Positions 61,301-64,000 of a DNA stretch of 64,000 nucleotides are shown piece after piece. The number at the start of each line of letters is the position of its first letter. Position 1 is the first letter of the stretch. The stretch spans positions 2,208,001 to 2,272,000 of the forward strand of contig CAWCKY010000006.1 in the NCBI GenBank assembly GCA_963796275.1. The letters run 5' to 3'. Made by a program: the position numbers and the translations under genes. The notes beneath the pieces were generated by a model, which made no database searches, was not told the DNA's origin, and saw only the letters and a list, made by a program, of their open reading frames with translations. This stretch comes from an uncultured Acidobacteriota bacterium (GTDB lineage Bacteria; Acidobacteriota; Blastocatellia; RBC074).

Positions 61301-61999
61301 AGGAATACTACCCGCCGGCCTATGCCGACCGCATTGTCCGAGGAATGCTGGACAGCTACCTCAAGAGGAGGAGCAGCGAGGATGAGGCCGAAGTGCCGGT
61401 GATGTACACCGAAAGACCATGGCTACCTCAGAGCCAAGGGCCCTCTGGCCATGTATGCGCTGCAGGACATCATCGGCAAGGAGAAGGTCCACCAGGCCCT
61501 GCGCAATTTCCTCAGGGACTACTCATTTCAAACCGCGCCTTGTCCCACCTCCAGAGATATGGTCAACGCGCTGCGCGCCGAGGCGGGCCCGGAATATCAG
61601 CAACTCATTACCGATTTGTTCGAGAGGATCGTGCTCTACGATCTGCAGGTGGATGCGGCCAGCGCGCGGGAGATTGATGGCGGGTATGAAGTGACTGTCG
61701 AGATAACGGCGAAACAATTCGAGGCGGATGGCCGCGGGAAAGAGACCGAGGAGCCGCTTGATACGTGGTTCGATGTGGCGGTGTTTGCGGAGACCGACGA
61801 ACCGCTGGAGGGAGTTACGCCGTTGTACATCGAGAAACATCGGCTGCACAGCGGGAAGCAGGTGTTGACAGTTCGCACATCGGAGAGGCCGGGAATTGCG
61901 GCGCTGGACCCGTTTCACAAGAGGATTGAGCGAAGCGCCGGGAATAACAGCCGGAGAATAGCTGCCCGGCCTTTCACTGTGTCTAGATTATCTCCTTAG
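58395..61999 (+). CDS. ABC-2 permease fused to an M1 aminopeptidase (several indels)
   Basis: Two multi-TM permease halves, YSDMNGFG, EFPRY, HELAHMWWG..E zinc motif, DPFHKRIER. Confidence 0.85.
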
Positions 62000-62230
62000 A
62001 TATACGCGCTTTGTCACTCAATTCCGAGCTGGTTTGGCGTTCGGCGTCCGCTTCAATCCTCCGCTCGAGAGCAATTCCGCGTAGCAGTCATCCAAGTCCT
62101 GGGCGAACTCGCACGCCGGCGCAAGCTGCAAGCACGCCAGCCGCTGATTGATCTCCGATCTCCAGTTGGGCACGGTTGCGTCTCCTTCTCCGATTCACCT
62201 CTTGAAGCAAGGCTGCTCATTCATGGTCGC

Positions 62231-64000
62231 TCATTCATGGCGCAACGCGACCAGCGGATCTACCTTCGTAGCGCGCCACGCCGGTATCCAGCAGGCCAGC
62301 AGCGCCACCGCTATCAGTAATGATGTGATGACCGCGAATGTCAACGGATCGGTTGCGCTCACGCCGTAGAGCAGCGTGTTCAGCATCCGGGTCAAAACAA
62401 GCGCGGCGAACAGGCCCAACCCCACGCCGCCCAGCGCCATTTTCAGGCCCTGACTCAGCACGAGCAGCAGCACGTCCGAGCGTTGCGCGCCGAGCGCAAG
62501 ACGAATACCGAGTTCCTGGATCCGCTGGCCGACGATGTAAGAGATGACGCCGTAAAGGCCGATGCTCGCCAACAGCAGCGCCACCAACGCAAAGGCGTTG
62601 AGCAGAATCATGGCGAAGCGCCGGCGGGCCAGCGACCCGGCAATCACCTCATTCATCGTTTGTGGCTCGTAAATAACGTTGTGGTTGTGCTGGTTTTGTA
62701 CGACGCGGCGGAGCGCATCAAAATGCGCCGTTGCAGTCGTTCCCGCCGCGCCATCGACACGCGCCACCACGTTCGCCTCGGAATTCCAGCCCGACTGCCG
62801 GTACGGAAAATAGAGCTGCGCCCGGAGCGCGTGGGCGTCGTCCTCATCGAGCCCCCACTGCTTCACATGCCCCACCACGCCGACGATCTCCCACGAGCTT
62901 CGATTGTCTCCCGGATTAACGCGGTCCCCCGGATTAATCCGCTTGCCGAGCGGGTCTGCGTTCGGGAAATATTGGCGGGCAAAGACCTCGTCAATCACTG
63001 CAGTAGGCTGAGTTCCTGTCTCATCCTGGGCGGTGAAAAAACGGCCTCGCCTTAGCGGGATGCCCATGGCCGTCAGGTAGCCGGGCTCGACTCCATATGC
63101 CAATGCCCTGTGCATCTCGCTGGTACTTGCAGGTCTGGGCTGGCCATCAAGCCAGAAGAACACGCTGTCACGGCCCTGCATAGGGGAGGCGCCCAGAAAC
63201 AATGAAGCCGCCTTGACTCCCGGCGTCGAGTTGAGGCGATCACTCAGATCGCGCAATGAAGCGATCCTCGCCTCCGGGCTGACAGCTCTCATCGATGGCG
63301 GAAAGCTGACTCCAAAGGTCAACACATTATCAGGTTGAAAGCCCGGATCGACATTCCAGAGCGCGTTCAGGGTGCGAATCATCAAGCCTGCGCCGATCAG
63401 CAAGACCAGCGCCAGCGCCATCTCCACCGCGACCAGGACGCCTTGCGCTCGGCGCCTCCCGCCTCCCGCTCCGCGCCCGTTCTCCTTGAGCGTTTCGGCC
63501 AAACGCCACTGCGAAGTCTTCAGCGCCGGAGCCAGCCCCGCCAGTATTCCTGTGAGCAGCGAAATGGCTGCGATGAATAGCAAAACCCGCGCATCTATCC
63601 CGATCTCATCTGTACGCGGCAACCCGGTAGGCATCACGTTGAGAGCGGCGCGCGTTCCCAGTGCGGCGAGCAACAAGCCAAGTCCGCCGCCTGCCAATGC
63701 GAGCAAGATACTCTCGGTCAGCGATTGGCGGAGCAGGCGCCACTGGCTCGCGCCCAGCGCGGCGCGAATGGCGAATTCGCGTGTCCTGCCGGTCGCGCGC
63801 GCGAGCAGCAGATTGCTGACATTGACACACGCGATCAGCAGCACGAACCCGACGGTGCCCAGCAGCATCCACAGGCTCGGCCCGACATCGCCGACCACCC
63901 TCTCCTTGAGCGGGATGACCGCCGCACCATTGCCACGGTTGGACTCGGGATAGGTGTCCGCCAGCCTACGCATTATGCCATCCAGATCACCCTGCGCTTG
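62231..64000 (-). CDS. ADOP/FtsX-like duplicated ABC permease (5' end beyond the window)
   Basis: LLIACVNV.NLLLAR, R.ALGA, E.ALALVLL.GAGL, PAWRATKVDP. Confidence 0.93.
   Translation of the reverse strand, partial: QAQGDLDGIMRRLADTYPESNRGNGAAVIPLKERVVGDVGPSLWMLLGTVGFVLLIACVNVSNLLLARATGRTREFAIRAALGASQWRLLRQSLTESILLALAGGGLGLLLAALGTRAALNVMPTGLPRTDEIGIDARVLLFIAAISLLTGILAGLAPALKTSQWRLAETLKENGRGAGGGRRRAQGVLVAVEMALALVLLIGAGLMIRTLNALWNVDPGFQPDNVLTFGVSFPPSMRAVSPEARIASLRDLSDRLNSTPGVKAASLFLGASPMQGRDSVFFWLDGQPRPASTSEMHRALAYGVEPGYLTAMGIPLRRGRFFTAQDETGTQPTAVIDEVFARQYFPNADPLGKRINPGDRVNPGDNRSSWEIVGVVGHVKQWGLDEDDAHALRAQLYFPYRQSGWNSEANVVARVDGAAGTTATAHFDALRRVVQNQHNHNVIYEPQTMNEVIAGSLARRRFAMILLNAFALVALLLASIGLYGVISYIVGQRIQELGIRLALGAQRSDVLLLVLSQGLKMALGGVGLGLFAALVLTRMLNTLLYGVSATDPLTFAVITSLLIAVALLACWIPAWRATKVDPLVALRHE

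Noticed and set aside
1-64000. Numerous antisense and alternate-frame ORFs
   Set aside because: They are shadows of GC-rich genes with Arg/Pro/Ala-biased composition and no motifs.

Overview
A 64-kb window from a GC-rich bacterium. ADOP permeases, an Oar-like TonB-dependent receptor, BlaI/M56-HEAT and several REP families suggest Acidobacteriota, probably Blastocatellia (inference). 1-8 kb is the tail of a group 1h-type [NiFe]-hydrogenase maturation operon (small membrane peptide, DUF1440, YceI, hypA-B-F-C, SIS/GmhA-like, hypD-E). 8-28 kb is an accessory block bounded by a 53-bp direct repeat. It holds stress and detox genes (DOPA-dioxygenase-like, ArsR, DinB, hmp-nsrR) and the most notable locus: a group 1h-like hydrogenase in reversed order (large then small) followed 39 bp later by a PAS-GAF hybrid histidine kinase. 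Two more hybrid kinases flank it, one lacking its phospho-acceptor His, and two divergent sigma54-type promoters are predicted upstream. I propose this as a candidate H2-sensing module built on an uptake-type enzyme. 28-64 kb holds hydrolases and transporters, an orphan IS605 right end/omegaRNA-like remnant, MITEs and structured intergenic DNA. Many single-base indels (3.4-7.2 kb, 21-23 kb, 52.9 kb, 58-61.5 kb) look like long-read assembly errors. I saw no rRNA, tRNA or CRISPR array.
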